From Deltaproteobacteria bacterium (lineage in GTDB: Bacteria > Desulfobacterota > Desulfuromonadia > Desulfuromonadales > JAAYDE01): DNA of 64,000 nt. The DNA lies in the NCBI GenBank assembly GCA_012729375.1, contig JAAYDE010000035.1, forward strand, positions 3,222-67,221, read 5' to 3'. The notes below the pieces were generated by a model, which saw nothing but the letters and a program-made list of their open reading frames with translations, had not been told where the DNA came from and did not search any database. A program made the position numbers and the translations under genes. Of the stretch, positions 29,783 to 38,659 are shown piece after piece (within the stretch, counting starts at the first letter, position 1; the number at the start of each line of letters is the position of its first letter).

Positions 29783-30565
29783 ATGCTTAAAGTCAACAAC
29801 ATCGAAGTGGTCTACAACGACGTCATCCTGGTGATCAAGGGTCTTTCCCTGCATGTCCCGGAAGGGCGCATCGTAGCCCTTCTGGGCTCCAACGGGGCCG
29901 GCAAATCGACCACCCTCAAGGCGATTTCCGGCTTGCTGCGCCCCGATAACGGCGAGATCACCGACGGCGATATCACTTTTCGGGGGCAAAGAATCGACCG
30001 CAAGGATGCCGCCGACATCGTCAAAAGCGGCCTCTTCCAGGTCATGGAGGGGCGCAGGGTATTCAAGGATTTGACGGTGGAGGAAAATTTGATCGCAGGC
30101 GGCTACACCCAGAAATCATCCGCCACCGCCGCCAATCTGGAACGGGTCTACCACTATTTCCCCCGCCTCAAGGAGCGCCGCCGTCAGGTTTCCGGTTACA
30201 TGAGCGGCGGGGAACAACAGATGCTGGCCATAGGCCGAGCCTTGATGGCCGGCCCTAAAATGGTCCTCCTCGACGAACCCTCCCTGGGCCTCTCCCCCCT
30301 CTTGGTCAAGGAGATATTCCATATCATCCGCATGCTTAACGAAAAAGAGCAGACCACCATCTTGCTGGTGGAGCAGAACGCCAACATGGCCCTGACCGCT
30401 TCCCACTACGGCTACATCATGGAAAACGGCCGCGTCGTTCTCGACGGCCCCAGCAAACAGTTGAAGGAAAATGATGACGTACGGGAGTTCTATCTGGGCA
30501 TGGCGGGACAAAAAAGCTTCCGCGAGGTGAAACATTACCGAAGGAGGAAAAGATGGCTTTCATAG
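29783..30565 (+). CDS. HAAT-family ABC transporter ATP-binding protein (LivF-like)
   Basis: Walker A GSNGAGKST, signature MSGGEQQMLAIGRAL, Walker B VLLDEPSLGL. Confidence 0.9.
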   Translation: MLKVNNIEVVYNDVILVIKGLSLHVPEGRIVALLGSNGAGKSTTLKAISGLLRPDNGEITDGDITFRGQRIDRKDAADIVKSGLFQVMEGRRVFKDLTVEENLIAGGYTQKSSATAANLERVYHYFPRLKERRRQVSGYMSGGEQQMLAIGRALMAGPKMVLLDEPSLGLSPLLVKEIFHIIRMLNEKEQTTILLVEQNANMALTASHYGYIMENGRVVLDGPSKQLKENDDVREFYLGMAGQKSFREVKHYRRRKRWLS

Positions 30566-31704
30566 GAGATTTCACCAGGCTGGCCGAAAGCCTGCGGGAA
30601 AACCGCGACCATCCCCTTCTGCGCTTCCTTCTGGGACGCTCCGGCATGGCTGCGGAAGATATCCAGAGCTACGAGGATTTCATCCGCATCACCCCTTTCA
30701 CCAAAGAGGAGCTGTCCCGGTTGCAGAGCGAAAACCCCCCCTTCGGCGGCCTTTTCGACACCGCGACGATCACCAAGGTCTTTCAGTCCCCCGGCCCCAT
30801 CTACAACGTCAAGGGTGCGCCCTGGGAACATTACCGCTTCAACAAAGCCCTGAGCATGGCGGGATTTGTCCGGGGCGATGTCGTCCTCAACACCTTTTCC
30901 TACCATCTTTCCCCGGCCGGAGAGATGTTCGACGAAGCCCTGCAAAAAATCGGTGCACTGGTCGTTCCCCTGGGACCGGCCGATTCGGAAAAAGCCGCCG
31001 CCATCGCCGCCGCCACCGGCGCCGACGGCTTCATCGGCACCCGCTCGTTCCTGCTGAAGGTACTGGAGAATCTCGGCGAAGGGGGGCATCTGCAAAAAGC
31101 CTACCTGATTGCCGAAAAGCTGACCGAGGCCGACCGCCTCCTGTTTGCCCAGAAATTCAACGTTGCTGCCTTTCAGGGATACGGGATCGCCGAAGTCGGC
31201 CTCATCGCCACCGAAGACTGCCGACGGGACGGCCTGCTCGTGGACACAGAAGCTCTGTTTGTGGAACTGTTGGAACCCGCTACCGGGAATCCCGCGGCTG
31301 AGGGCACCCTCGGCGAAGTGGTGGTCACCTTTTTCAGCCCTGCCACTCCTTTCCTGCGTCTCGCCACCGGAGACCTCGCTGCCATCCATTCCAGCCGCCC
31401 CGATTGCCTGGCAGGCATTTTCGGACGCGCCGACAGCTCCGTCAAAACAAAAGGGGTCTTTATTCACTTCTGGCAATTTGAAACGTTTTGCGGTCAACTG
31501 GAGACCAAAGCGAAACTTGTGGTGGCTAGCGACGGGCAGGGAATGGACAGGCTGGTTCTGAAAATTCCCCGGGCTTTGCATGAAAGGACCGTAGTTGCAT
31601 CCTTTAAAAAGATCTTTGGCCTCACTTTGAGCCAGGTGGACGTGGATGATAAAATTGACAGCAATGAGATTGAGGACCAACGGACCCATTTGAGCAAGCG
31701 GTGA
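30553..31704 (+). CDS. Phenylacetate-CoA ligase (PaaK/F390 synthetase)-like protein with degenerate P-loop
   Basis: 383 aa, colinear by eye with E. coli PaaK. Shared elements: ITPFTKEEL..PPFGGLF; FQGYGIAE matching YGLSE; GRADSSVKTKGV matching GRSDDMLIIRGV. At the SSGTTGKP position it reads FQSPGPIYN. Confidence 0.8.
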   Translation: MAFIGDFTRLAESLRENRDHPLLRFLLGRSGMAAEDIQSYEDFIRITPFTKEELSRLQSENPPFGGLFDTATITKVFQSPGPIYNVKGAPWEHYRFNKALSMAGFVRGDVVLNTFSYHLSPAGEMFDEALQKIGALVVPLGPADSEKAAAIAAATGADGFIGTRSFLLKVLENLGEGGHLQKAYLIAEKLTEADRLLFAQKFNVAAFQGYGIAEVGLIATEDCRRDGLLVDTEALFVELLEPATGNPAAEGTLGEVVVTFFSPATPFLRLATGDLAAIHSSRPDCLAGIFGRADSSVKTKGVFIHFWQFETFCGQLETKAKLVVASDGQGMDRLVLKIPRALHERTVVASFKKIFGLTLSQVDVDDKIDSNEIEDQRTHLSKR

Positions 31705-31713
31705 GGAGATGTC

Positions 31714-32397
31714 ATGTTTGTAAGGGACTGGATGAGCCGGGAAGTGATCACCGTGGAGGAGGATGCCCCTCTTCTCGACGCCGTACACATGATGAAGGAT
31801 CACCATATCCGCCAGCTGCCCGTCGTCAAAAAGGGCTGCCTAGCGGGAATCATTACCGAAAAGGACATCAAGGAATTCTCCCCCTCCAGGGCGAGCACCC
31901 TTGATATCTATGAAATGCACGCTGTGCTGGCCAGGACAACCATTCACGAGGTGATGTCCCCCAAGGTCGTCACCGTCTCTCTCGATGATCCGATCGAAAA
32001 AGCGGCCCTGATCCTCCGCGATCGACATTTCGGCGGTTTGCCGGTTGTCGACTCCCAGGGCCGCCTGGTGGGCATTATAACCACCATCGATATTTTTGAC
32101 GTCTTTGTCGAGGCCATGGGCATGCGCACCCCCGGGTCGCGGGTCAGTGTCGAAGTGGAAGACCGGCCCGGAGCCATTGCCGAAATGACCCAAGTTTTCA
32201 AAACCCACGGCATCAATATCGTCAGCCTGGCGACTTTTTTCCTAAAGGGGGAGGACCGCAGACTCCGCGAGGTCGTTTATCGGATCGCCTGTCCCGACCC
32301 CGCCCAAATCGACCATGCGGTGGCAGAGCTCAGACAAAGAAATTTCCGCATTACCAGTCTGCTCAACAGTGATCAGCTATTGCTGCTGGAGCGGTGA
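31714..32397 (+). CDS. CBS-pair plus ACT domain protein (AcuB-like)
   Basis: Two CBS repeats (VRDWMSREVITV..., IHEVMSPKVVTV...GGLPVVD..GRLVGIIT) followed by an ACT-like C-terminus (SRVSVEVEDRPGAIAEMTQVFKTHGINIVSL). Confidence 0.85.
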   Translation: MFVRDWMSREVITVEEDAPLLDAVHMMKDHHIRQLPVVKKGCLAGIITEKDIKEFSPSRASTLDIYEMHAVLARTTIHEVMSPKVVTVSLDDPIEKAALILRDRHFGGLPVVDSQGRLVGIITTIDIFDVFVEAMGMRTPGSRVSVEVEDRPGAIAEMTQVFKTHGINIVSLATFFLKGEDRRLREVVYRIACPDPAQIDHAVAELRQRNFRITSLLNSDQLLLLER

Positions 32398-32409
32398 TCT
32401 ACAAACAGA

Positions 32410-32440
32410 ATGGGCCGGAAGATCCAATCTCCCGGCCCAT
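32410..32440. terminator. GC-rich hairpin between convergent genes (possible bidirectional terminator)
   Basis: ATGGGCCGG-13 nt-CCGGCCCAT. On the minus strand it is followed by TCTGTTTGT. There is no clear U-tract on the plus strand. Confidence 0.45.
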
Positions 32441-32470
32441 AGCCTAATTCCAGGTTTAAATTTTTTCGAT

Positions 32471-32626
32471 CTAGGAAAGTGCGAGGTTGGGGTTCCTCGT
32501 CCGATTGGAAAGGATGGTTGGATCGATCAGTTCCCCGCACAGGCAACACTTCCAGGCATCAAAAGATCTTACAAAATCATAACATCTTTCCGAATGCATG
32601 CGACCTTTACATTTTGGGCACTTCAT
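32471..32626 (-). CDS. Small zinc-ribbon protein, 51 aa (not in the ORF track)
   Basis: My translation: MKCPKCKGRMHSERCYDFVRSFDAWKCCLCGELIDPTILSNRTRNPNLALS*. It has CPKC and C(C)LCG pairs about 20 residues apart. SD GGGGGAGAG ends 5 nt before the ATG, and the hairpin at 32410-32440 follows the stop. Confidence 0.55.
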   Translation of the reverse strand: MKCPKCKGRMHSERCYDFVRSFDAWKCCLCGELIDPTILSNRTRNPNLALS

Positions 32627-32797
32627 GCTCTCTCCCCCTTTCGCTTACGAACCGCTCACCAAAACCGCAATTACCAATAAATAAAGTAGTAATTTCAGTT
32701 TTACACAAGCCATGCCAGGTCCGGGGAAGTCCGAATAAATTTTTAAGAAATATTGATTCTCCTTTTTTTCTGCTTATTTTTCAGATAGTTGTAAATC

Positions 32798-33352
32798 TTA
32801 AAAATAAGGACTGAGACGATTTATAAGTTTTTCTCCAACACCTCTGACTCTACGTAAGGCCGCCAGAGAACCAAAATCGCCATTTTTTTGACGCTCCTCC
32901 TCTATGCGCCGGGCTATTTCCCTTCCGATACCGGGCAAAGCATCCCAATCCTCAGCATTCATGCGATCCGGATGCAAAGGAATAAAAAGCGCCATGCGCA
33001 TTGCTGCAGGCATCCAACTTCTTTTGATTTCAATGACTTGTCCCCCATTCCAAGCGATATCGAGAGTTTCTCCGGAAGTTAATGGGAGAGAGAGAAGGGA
33101 GGGGGGAAAAGAATCAAAGGAAACCCCAGGAAGCGTCATTTGGATGACGCTTCCTGGGGTGATACCGTCATAAAATTGATGAACCCCCGATTGCGGAAAA
33201 CCGGCACCGAGGTAAACAAAAACCACAGGAGCAGCGGTTGATGGCGAGGGGGGAGACCCGCCGCCGCTCAGGGGCCAAAGCTTGGTGGCCCGCCAGGCCC
33301 ATACCGCCAGCAGCAAAACGACCAGCAGGCGGATACCCCGGGGAAAGATCAC
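32798..33352 (-). CDS. comEA: ComEA family DNA-binding protein (membrane-anchored, helix-hairpin-helix)
   Basis: N-terminal TM helix [13 protein letters not shown]-terminal HhH pair [42 protein letters not shown]. The GTG start overlaps the cimA stop (GTGA). Confidence 0.85.
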   Translation of the reverse strand: MIFPRGIRLLVVLLLAVWAWRATKLWPLSGGGSPPSPSTAAPVVFVYLGAGFPQSGVHQFYDGITPGSVIQMTLPGVSFDSFPPSLLSLPLTSGETLDIAWNGGQVIEIKRSWMPAAMRMALFIPLHPDRMNAEDWDALPGIGREIARRIEEERQKNGDFGSLAALRRVRGVGEKLINRLSPYF

Positions 33353-34944
33353 TCGTTGCTATCCTCGTGTTTGGGCCGCTGATAGTCTTTGAGAAGTTTG
33401 TACTGGATGGCATCCACCAGAGCCTGGTAGGAAGCTTCGATGATGTTGTCGCTGACCCCCACCGTCCCCCACCGTGCGTCTTTGTCCCCCGATTCAATGA
33501 GTACCCTGGTGACCGACGCGGTTCCTTTTCCGGCCGGCAGAACCCGCACCTTGAAGTCGATGAGGCGCATCTCTTTAAGTTGGGGATAGAAGCGCTCCAA
33601 GGCCTTTCGCAAGGCGTTGTCGAGGGCGTTGACCGGACCGTTGCCTTCGGCGGCCGTATGTTCGATGTTTCCCCCCACCTTGACCTTGATGGTCGCCTCG
33701 GCCAAAGGAGGGTCTTCTCCGCTCGGCTTGGCATCGATGACCCGGAAACCCATGATGGTGAAAAAATTGCGCAGGGTGCCGAGGGCTTTGCGCATGAGGA
33801 TTTCGAAGGTGGCCTCGGCCCCTTCGAACTGGTAGCCGTAGTTCTCCAATTTCTTCAGGTTGTCCAGGATTTCCACGGTCACCGGATCCTTGCTGTCGAG
33901 ATCGATGTTGAATTCCCGTGCTTTAGCAAGGATGTTGGATCGGCCGGAAAGATCCGAGATCAGTACGCGGGTGCTGTTGCCGACCCTATCGGGGCGGATA
34001 TGTTCGTAGGTTTCGGGATGCCTCTGAATGGCCGAAACATGTACCCCGCCCTTATGGGCGAAGGCCGATGTGCCGACATAGGGTTGGTGCTTGTCGGGAA
34101 TCAGGTTGGCGATCTCATAAATATAATTGGAAATTTCCCGGAGTTTTGCCAATTGCTCGTCGGCGATGCAGTGCTTGCCCATTTTGAGTTGCAGGCTGGG
34201 AATGATGGAGCAGAGATTGGCGTTGCCGCAACGCTCTCCGAACCCGTTGATGGTACCCTGGACATGGACGATGCCGTTCTCCACCGCGACAATGGCATTG
34301 GCGACGGCACAACCGCTGTCGTTGTGGGTATGAATGCCCAGGGGCGTGGAGACAACCTCCCGGACCCGCTGGATAACAGGGGCCATCTGGTGGGGAAGAG
34401 TGCCGCCGTTGGTATCGCACAAAACAAGGCAGTCCGCGCCCGCCTCCTCGGCCGCCTGCAGGGTTTTCAGGGCGTATTCGGGATTGGCCCGGTAGCCGTC
34501 GAAGAAATGCTCGGCATCATAGATGACCTCGCCGACATTTTCCTTGAGAAACTTGAGGGAATCGAAAATGAGTTCAAGGTTCTCTTCGAGGCCGATCCGC
34601 AACGCCTCGCGCACGTGGAAATCCCAGGTTTTGCCGAAAATGGTGACGGCATCCGGCTCGGCCTGGATCAGGGTGCGCAGGTTGTGGTCCTTGTCGGGTG
34701 TTGTCTTGGCCCGCCGGGTAGCCCCAAAGGCGGCGATCTTGGCCTGTTTCAAAGGGATGTTTTTGATCTCTTTGAAGAAAGCGATGTCCTTGGGATTGGA
34801 ACCCGGCCAACCTCCTTCGATGTAATGTATTCCCAGTTCATCAAGTTTTTCGGCAATGCGAATTTTGTCGGTGACCAGGAAGGCGATATCCTCGGCCTGG
34901 GTCCCGTCGCGCAGGGTGGTGTCGTACATTTGAATCAAATCCAT
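33349..34944 (-). CDS. cimA: (R)-citramalate synthase (LeuA/CimA family)
   Basis: Start set to ATG 34944 ([20 protein letters not shown]) because AAAGGAG lies 7 nt upstream; the track ORF starts at 34974. It has HxH-type motifs (GIHTHNDSG) and the long C-terminal regulatory domain. Sits next to aspartate kinase, as I recall for Geobacter cimA. Confidence 0.88.
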   Translation of the reverse strand: MDLIQMYDTTLRDGTQAEDIAFLVTDKIRIAEKLDELGIHYIEGGWPGSNPKDIAFFKEIKNIPLKQAKIAAFGATRRAKTTPDKDHNLRTLIQAEPDAVTIFGKTWDFHVREALRIGLEENLELIFDSLKFLKENVGEVIYDAEHFFDGYRANPEYALKTLQAAEEAGADCLVLCDTNGGTLPHQMAPVIQRVREVVSTPLGIHTHNDSGCAVANAIVAVENGIVHVQGTINGFGERCGNANLCSIIPSLQLKMGKHCIADEQLAKLREISNYIYEIANLIPDKHQPYVGTSAFAHKGGVHVSAIQRHPETYEHIRPDRVGNSTRVLISDLSGRSNILAKAREFNIDLDSKDPVTVEILDNLKKLENYGYQFEGAEATFEILMRKALGTLRNFFTIMGFRVIDAKPSGEDPPLAEATIKVKVGGNIEHTAAEGNGPVNALDNALRKALERFYPQLKEMRLIDFKVRVLPAGKGTASVTRVLIESGDKDARWGTVGVSDNIIEASYQALVDAIQYKLLKDYQRPKHEDSNE

Positions 34945-34992
34945 GACGGCTCCTTTGTCCCGTTTTGTCGACATGCAGGGGTTGAAAAATGC

Positions 34993-36225
34993 CTATTCTT
35001 CCTTCACGTCTTTCTTGGCCAGGCCGAAGATGTCGTGAAGAACCCGCACCGCCAACTCGGTATATTTGTCGTTGATGATGCAGGAAACCTTTATCTCACT
35101 GGTGGAGATCATTAGAATGTTGATCCCTTCCGCAGCCAGGGCCTGAAACATCGTGCTGGCGACGCCGGAATGGGAACGCATGCCGACGCCGACAATGGAA
35201 ACCTTGGCTATGTTCTCATCGGTCTCCACGCCGTCGGCGCCGATTTCCTCGGCAGCCTTTTTAACCAGGGTCAGAGCCCGTTTGAAATCAGTGCGGGGGA
35301 CAGTGAAGGTCAGATCGGTGAAACCGCCACGGGAAACATTCTGAATGATCATGTCCACGGTGATGTTGGCCTGGGAAAGGGGGGAGAAGAGTTGCGAGGC
35401 CACCCCCGGCTGATCCGGCACATTGAAAACGGAAATCTTGGCCTCTCCCTTGTTGTATGTGATACCTGAAACCAGCACGGCTTCCATTTCATCATCCTCC
35501 TTCATGACCAGGGTTCCCGGATTGTCGTTAAAACTGGAGCGTACATGGATCACGACGCCGTACTTCTTGGCGAATTCAACGGAACGGATCTGCAGCACCT
35601 TGGCCCCCAGGGAGGCCATCTCCAGCATTTCATCATAGGATATTTTGTCGATTTTGGAGGCTTCCGGCACCAACCGCGGGTCGGTGGTGTAAACGCCGTC
35701 CACGTCGGTGAAGATATCGCAGACATCCGCCTTGAGAGCGGCCGCTATGGCCACCGCCGAGGTGTCGGAGCCACCCCTTCCCAAAGTAGTGATGTTGCCA
35801 TCCCGATCGACCCCCTGGAAACCGGCGATCACCGCGATATTCCCTTCATCGAGAGCTTCACGAATCTTGCGGTCACCAATCCTCTCGATGCGCGCCTTGG
35901 AGAAAGCATTGTCGGTAATGATGGGAACCTGGTGGCCGAGGAAGCTCCTCGCCTTGTAACCCATCCCCTGAAGACAGATCGACAGCAGGGAAATCGTCAC
36001 CTGCTCGCCCGTGGCGACCAGAACGTCATATTCCCTTTCGTTGGGAGAATCCTCCATTTCCCTGGCCATGGCCACCAGTTTATTGGTCTCCCCCGCCATG
36101 GCGGAAAGTACGACGATTACCTGGTTGCCATTATCGAAGGATTTGGCAACCCTTTTCGCCACATTGCGTATTCTGCACATGTCGCCGACCGATGTGCCGC
36201 CGAACTTCATGACTACAAGCGCCAT
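34993..36225 (-). CDS. lysC: Aspartate kinase
   Basis: Start trimmed to [15 protein letters not shown] (ATG 36225). Amino-acid kinase domain plus two C-terminal ACT domains. Confidence 0.95.
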   Translation of the reverse strand: MALVVMKFGGTSVGDMCRIRNVAKRVAKSFDNGNQVIVVLSAMAGETNKLVAMAREMEDSPNEREYDVLVATGEQVTISLLSICLQGMGYKARSFLGHQVPIITDNAFSKARIERIGDRKIREALDEGNIAVIAGFQGVDRDGNITTLGRGGSDTSAVAIAAALKADVCDIFTDVDGVYTTDPRLVPEASKIDKISYDEMLEMASLGAKVLQIRSVEFAKKYGVVIHVRSSFNDNPGTLVMKEDDEMEAVLVSGITYNKGEAKISVFNVPDQPGVASQLFSPLSQANITVDMIIQNVSRGGFTDLTFTVPRTDFKRALTLVKKAAEEIGADGVETDENIAKVSIVGVGMRSHSGVASTMFQALAAEGINILMISTSEIKVSCIINDKYTELAVRVLHDIFGLAKKDVKEE

Positions 36226-36244
36226 TGCTCTTTTTCCCTCCCCA

Positions 36245-37675
36245 TTATCCCAGCGTTTCCCCGGAGGAACTCCCGGCGGAGCGGTTACGTCGCCCCACTT
36301 TGTGAACGGCCGCGCCGAGGACATCCGCCGCCGCTTCCTTGATGATCTCATTGAGAGTGGGATGGGCATGGATCAGACCGGCCAATTCCCCCACCGACAT
36401 CCCAGCCCGCATCGCCGTGGCTACTTCGGCAATCAAAGCAGAGGCCTCCGCCCCATAAACCAGTCCGCCGAGGATCCGGCCGTCCTCCGCGGCCGCCAGC
36501 AAGCGGGCCGCACCTTTCGTTTCACCGTCGCACTGCGCTTTGCCTGAAGCCTGATAGGCAAAACTACCCAGCCGGTAATTGCGCTTCTTCTCCCGGCACT
36601 CCTTTTCACTCAAGCCGACCTGGGCGATTTCCGGAAAGGTAAAAACGGTGGCCGGAACGATTCGGTAATCAGCCTCGGCTTTCCCCCCCAAGGCGTTTTC
36701 CACCGCCACCTCGCCCTGATAATCGGCGACATGGGCCAGTTGCAGAATATTGGTCACATCGCCGATGGCGTAGACATTGTCCACGGAGGTTCTCATGCCG
36801 GCATCGACAGCGACAGCCCCGTTTCTGAGGACCACCCCCGCCTCCTCCAGGCCCAGGTTGGCGCTGTTGGGCCGGCGGCCGACGGCGACCAGGACCTTAT
36901 CCACCTCCAGTTCTTTTTCTTGCCCCGCCAATTTCACCAGCACGGATGCCCCGCTCTTCACGACAGCTTGAACGGCGGTCCCTTTGAGAACCTCGACACC
37001 CAGTTCCTGAAAATTTTTCTCCATCTCCCTGACCGCCGGCCGATCGATGCCGGAAAGCAGTTCGGGAAGCTGTTCCACCAGCGTGACGCGGCCGCCGAAA
37101 AGAGCCGCAATCCCGGCCAGTTCACAGCCGATATAGCCGCCGCCGACAATCAGCAGCCGTTTGGGAAGGGCCTCCATGTTGAGGAATTCGTCGCTGGTCA
37201 GGACCGAATCTCCGCCTTGGGTCATGAACGGGGGAATGAAAGGGCGGGCGCCGCTGGCGATTATGATGGACCGGGCCTGAATACGCCCGATCACATTAGC
37301 GCAGCGGATGCGGACCTGTCCCGGTCCTTCCAGGGTCCCTTCACCGCGCAACAGTTCCACGCCATGGCTTTTCAGCAGGCCTTCAATCCCTTTTTCCAGG
37401 CCGGACACCACGGCGTCCTTGCGCCGCAAGGCGGTGCCTGAATCAAAACGGTAACCGTCAACCTGGATACCATGCTCGGCCAGATGCTTCATGGCAACCA
37501 GACGGCGGGCGGTGGCGTAAAGGGTCTTGACGGGGATACAGCCGCGGTGAAGGCAAGTGCCGCCGACGCGCCCCTTCTCCACCAGACAGACTTGCGCCCC
37601 TTTTTGTGCCGCCCGGATCGCTGCGGCGTATCCACCGGGCCCGCCGCCGATGATGGCAATATCAAACGGTGTCAT
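36245..37675 (-). CDS. lpdA: Dihydrolipoyl dehydrogenase family flavoprotein disulfide reductase
   Basis: Start trimmed to [16 protein letters not shown]. Redox-active [11 protein letters not shown], second dinucleotide fold [10 protein letters not shown]-terminal HAHPTLNE. No E1/E2 genes nearby. Confidence 0.88.
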   Translation of the reverse strand: MTPFDIAIIGGGPGGYAAAIRAAQKGAQVCLVEKGRVGGTCLHRGCIPVKTLYATARRLVAMKHLAEHGIQVDGYRFDSGTALRRKDAVVSGLEKGIEGLLKSHGVELLRGEGTLEGPGQVRIRCANVIGRIQARSIIIASGARPFIPPFMTQGGDSVLTSDEFLNMEALPKRLLIVGGGYIGCELAGIAALFGGRVTLVEQLPELLSGIDRPAVREMEKNFQELGVEVLKGTAVQAVVKSGASVLVKLAGQEKELEVDKVLVAVGRRPNSANLGLEEAGVVLRNGAVAVDAGMRTSVDNVYAIGDVTNILQLAHVADYQGEVAVENALGGKAEADYRIVPATVFTFPEIAQVGLSEKECREKKRNYRLGSFAYQASGKAQCDGETKGAARLLAAAEDGRILGGLVYGAEASALIAEVATAMRAGMSVGELAGLIHAHPTLNEIIKEAAADVLGAAVHKVGRRNRSAGSSSGETLG

Positions 37676-38204
37676 CTTGCTCCTCGCAGACTGCGCCCGG
37701 AAAAACACCCGGCAAGGTTTCGACCCTTCCCTCAACCTCCCGGCAAAACCGGCGCAGCAACTTTTCCCCCGGCAAGCCCAAGGCGCTGAAAGTCAGCTTG
37801 CGGCGCGTTTCACTCAAATATTCGAAGTGGATGCAGAGGCCGTCATAGCCGCTGTATTCGATCCGGTCGGCCCATTCCACCACCACCACGCCATTCTTCC
37901 GAAGATATTCGGCGAAGCCGATGTCCTCCAGGTCCTCGCCGCCGCCCAATCGGAACAGGTCAAAATGATAGAGGTCGATGGGGCCGGGATAAAAATTCAT
38001 CAGCGTGTAGGAGGGGCTAGTGACCCGCAACCCGGCCGCGCCGCCAATGCCGGCGCCGATCCCCTGGGTGAAGCAGGTCTTGCCCCCGCCCATCTCCCCG
38101 ATGAGGAAGATCACCACAGGCTTCTCCAGCAGGCTGCCGAGAATTCTCCCCACCTCCCGCGTCTGTTCGGGAGAGACGCTGATCAGGCAGCACCCCTGGA
38201 TCAT
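37662..38204 (-). CDS. tsaE: tRNA t6A37 biosynthesis ATPase TsaE
   Basis: Start trimmed to MIQGCCLISV (ATG 38204). P-loop GEMGGGKT, then VTSPSYTLMNFY..LYHFDLFRL. The ~30-aa C-terminal extension overlaps the lpdA start by 14 nt. Confidence 0.85.
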   Translation of the reverse strand: MIQGCCLISVSPEQTREVGRILGSLLEKPVVIFLIGEMGGGKTCFTQGIGAGIGGAAGLRVTSPSYTLMNFYPGPIDLYHFDLFRLGGGEDLEDIGFAEYLRKNGVVVVEWADRIEYSGYDGLCIHFEYLSETRRKLTFSALGLPGEKLLRRFCREVEGRVETLPGVFPGAVCEEQDDTV

Positions 38205-38206
38205 GT

Positions 38207-38659
38207 TTAAAGTTCCAGGGAACGGATGACATCGAGGCGGGCCACCACGCCGACTACTTTTTTCTGTTCGTCGACCACCGGAATCAGATGAACATGACGG
38301 CTCACCATAAGTTGGGCGACCTCGGTCAACGGCGTTGCGGGGGAGCAGGTGACCACATTGCGGGTGCATAACTCACCGACCTTTTGGGCCGTGACCTTTT
38401 TGAGCTCCGTCTCGAACTTCTTGCTGCTCTCGAGATAGAGGACCCAGTCGAAAATGGAAATCACCGTGGGAATGTGCAGCGGCTTGTCCCGTTGCAGCAG
38501 GTCCCCTTCGGAGATTATCCCCACCAGGCGGCGGTCATCTCCGACCACCGGCACCGCACTGACCTTTTTTTCCACCAGCAACCGGGCCAGATCCTCGATG
38601 GCGGTATCCGCAGTCACCGAAACGACCTCGCGGGTCATGACATCCTGGGCTGTGAGCAT
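38207..38659 (-). CDS. CBS domain pair protein
   Basis: 150 aa with two CBS repeats (AQDVMTREVVSV...SAVPVVGDDRRLVGIISEGDLL and ...HLIPVVDEQKKVVGVVARLDVI). Confidence 0.85.
   Translation of the reverse strand: MLTAQDVMTREVVSVTADTAIEDLARLLVEKKVSAVPVVGDDRRLVGIISEGDLLQRDKPLHIPTVISIFDWVLYLESSKKFETELKKVTAQKVGELCTRNVVTCSPATPLTEVAQLMVSRHVHLIPVVDEQKKVVGVVARLDVIRSLEL

Noticed and set aside
33238-35115. 625-aa plus-strand ORF. Similar very long ORFs occur at 50800..52617(+), 7749..9068(-), 6250..7371(+), 12836..14263(+), 55950..57191(+) and 48026..49114(+).
   Set aside because: Each lies antisense to a gene with strong family motifs (cimA, lptD, the AsmA-like gene, smc, glnS, trpB, argS). Their translations are Arg/Gly/Pro/Ala-rich with no recognisable motifs. 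This is the usual stop-codon-poor antisense frame of GC-rich DNA.
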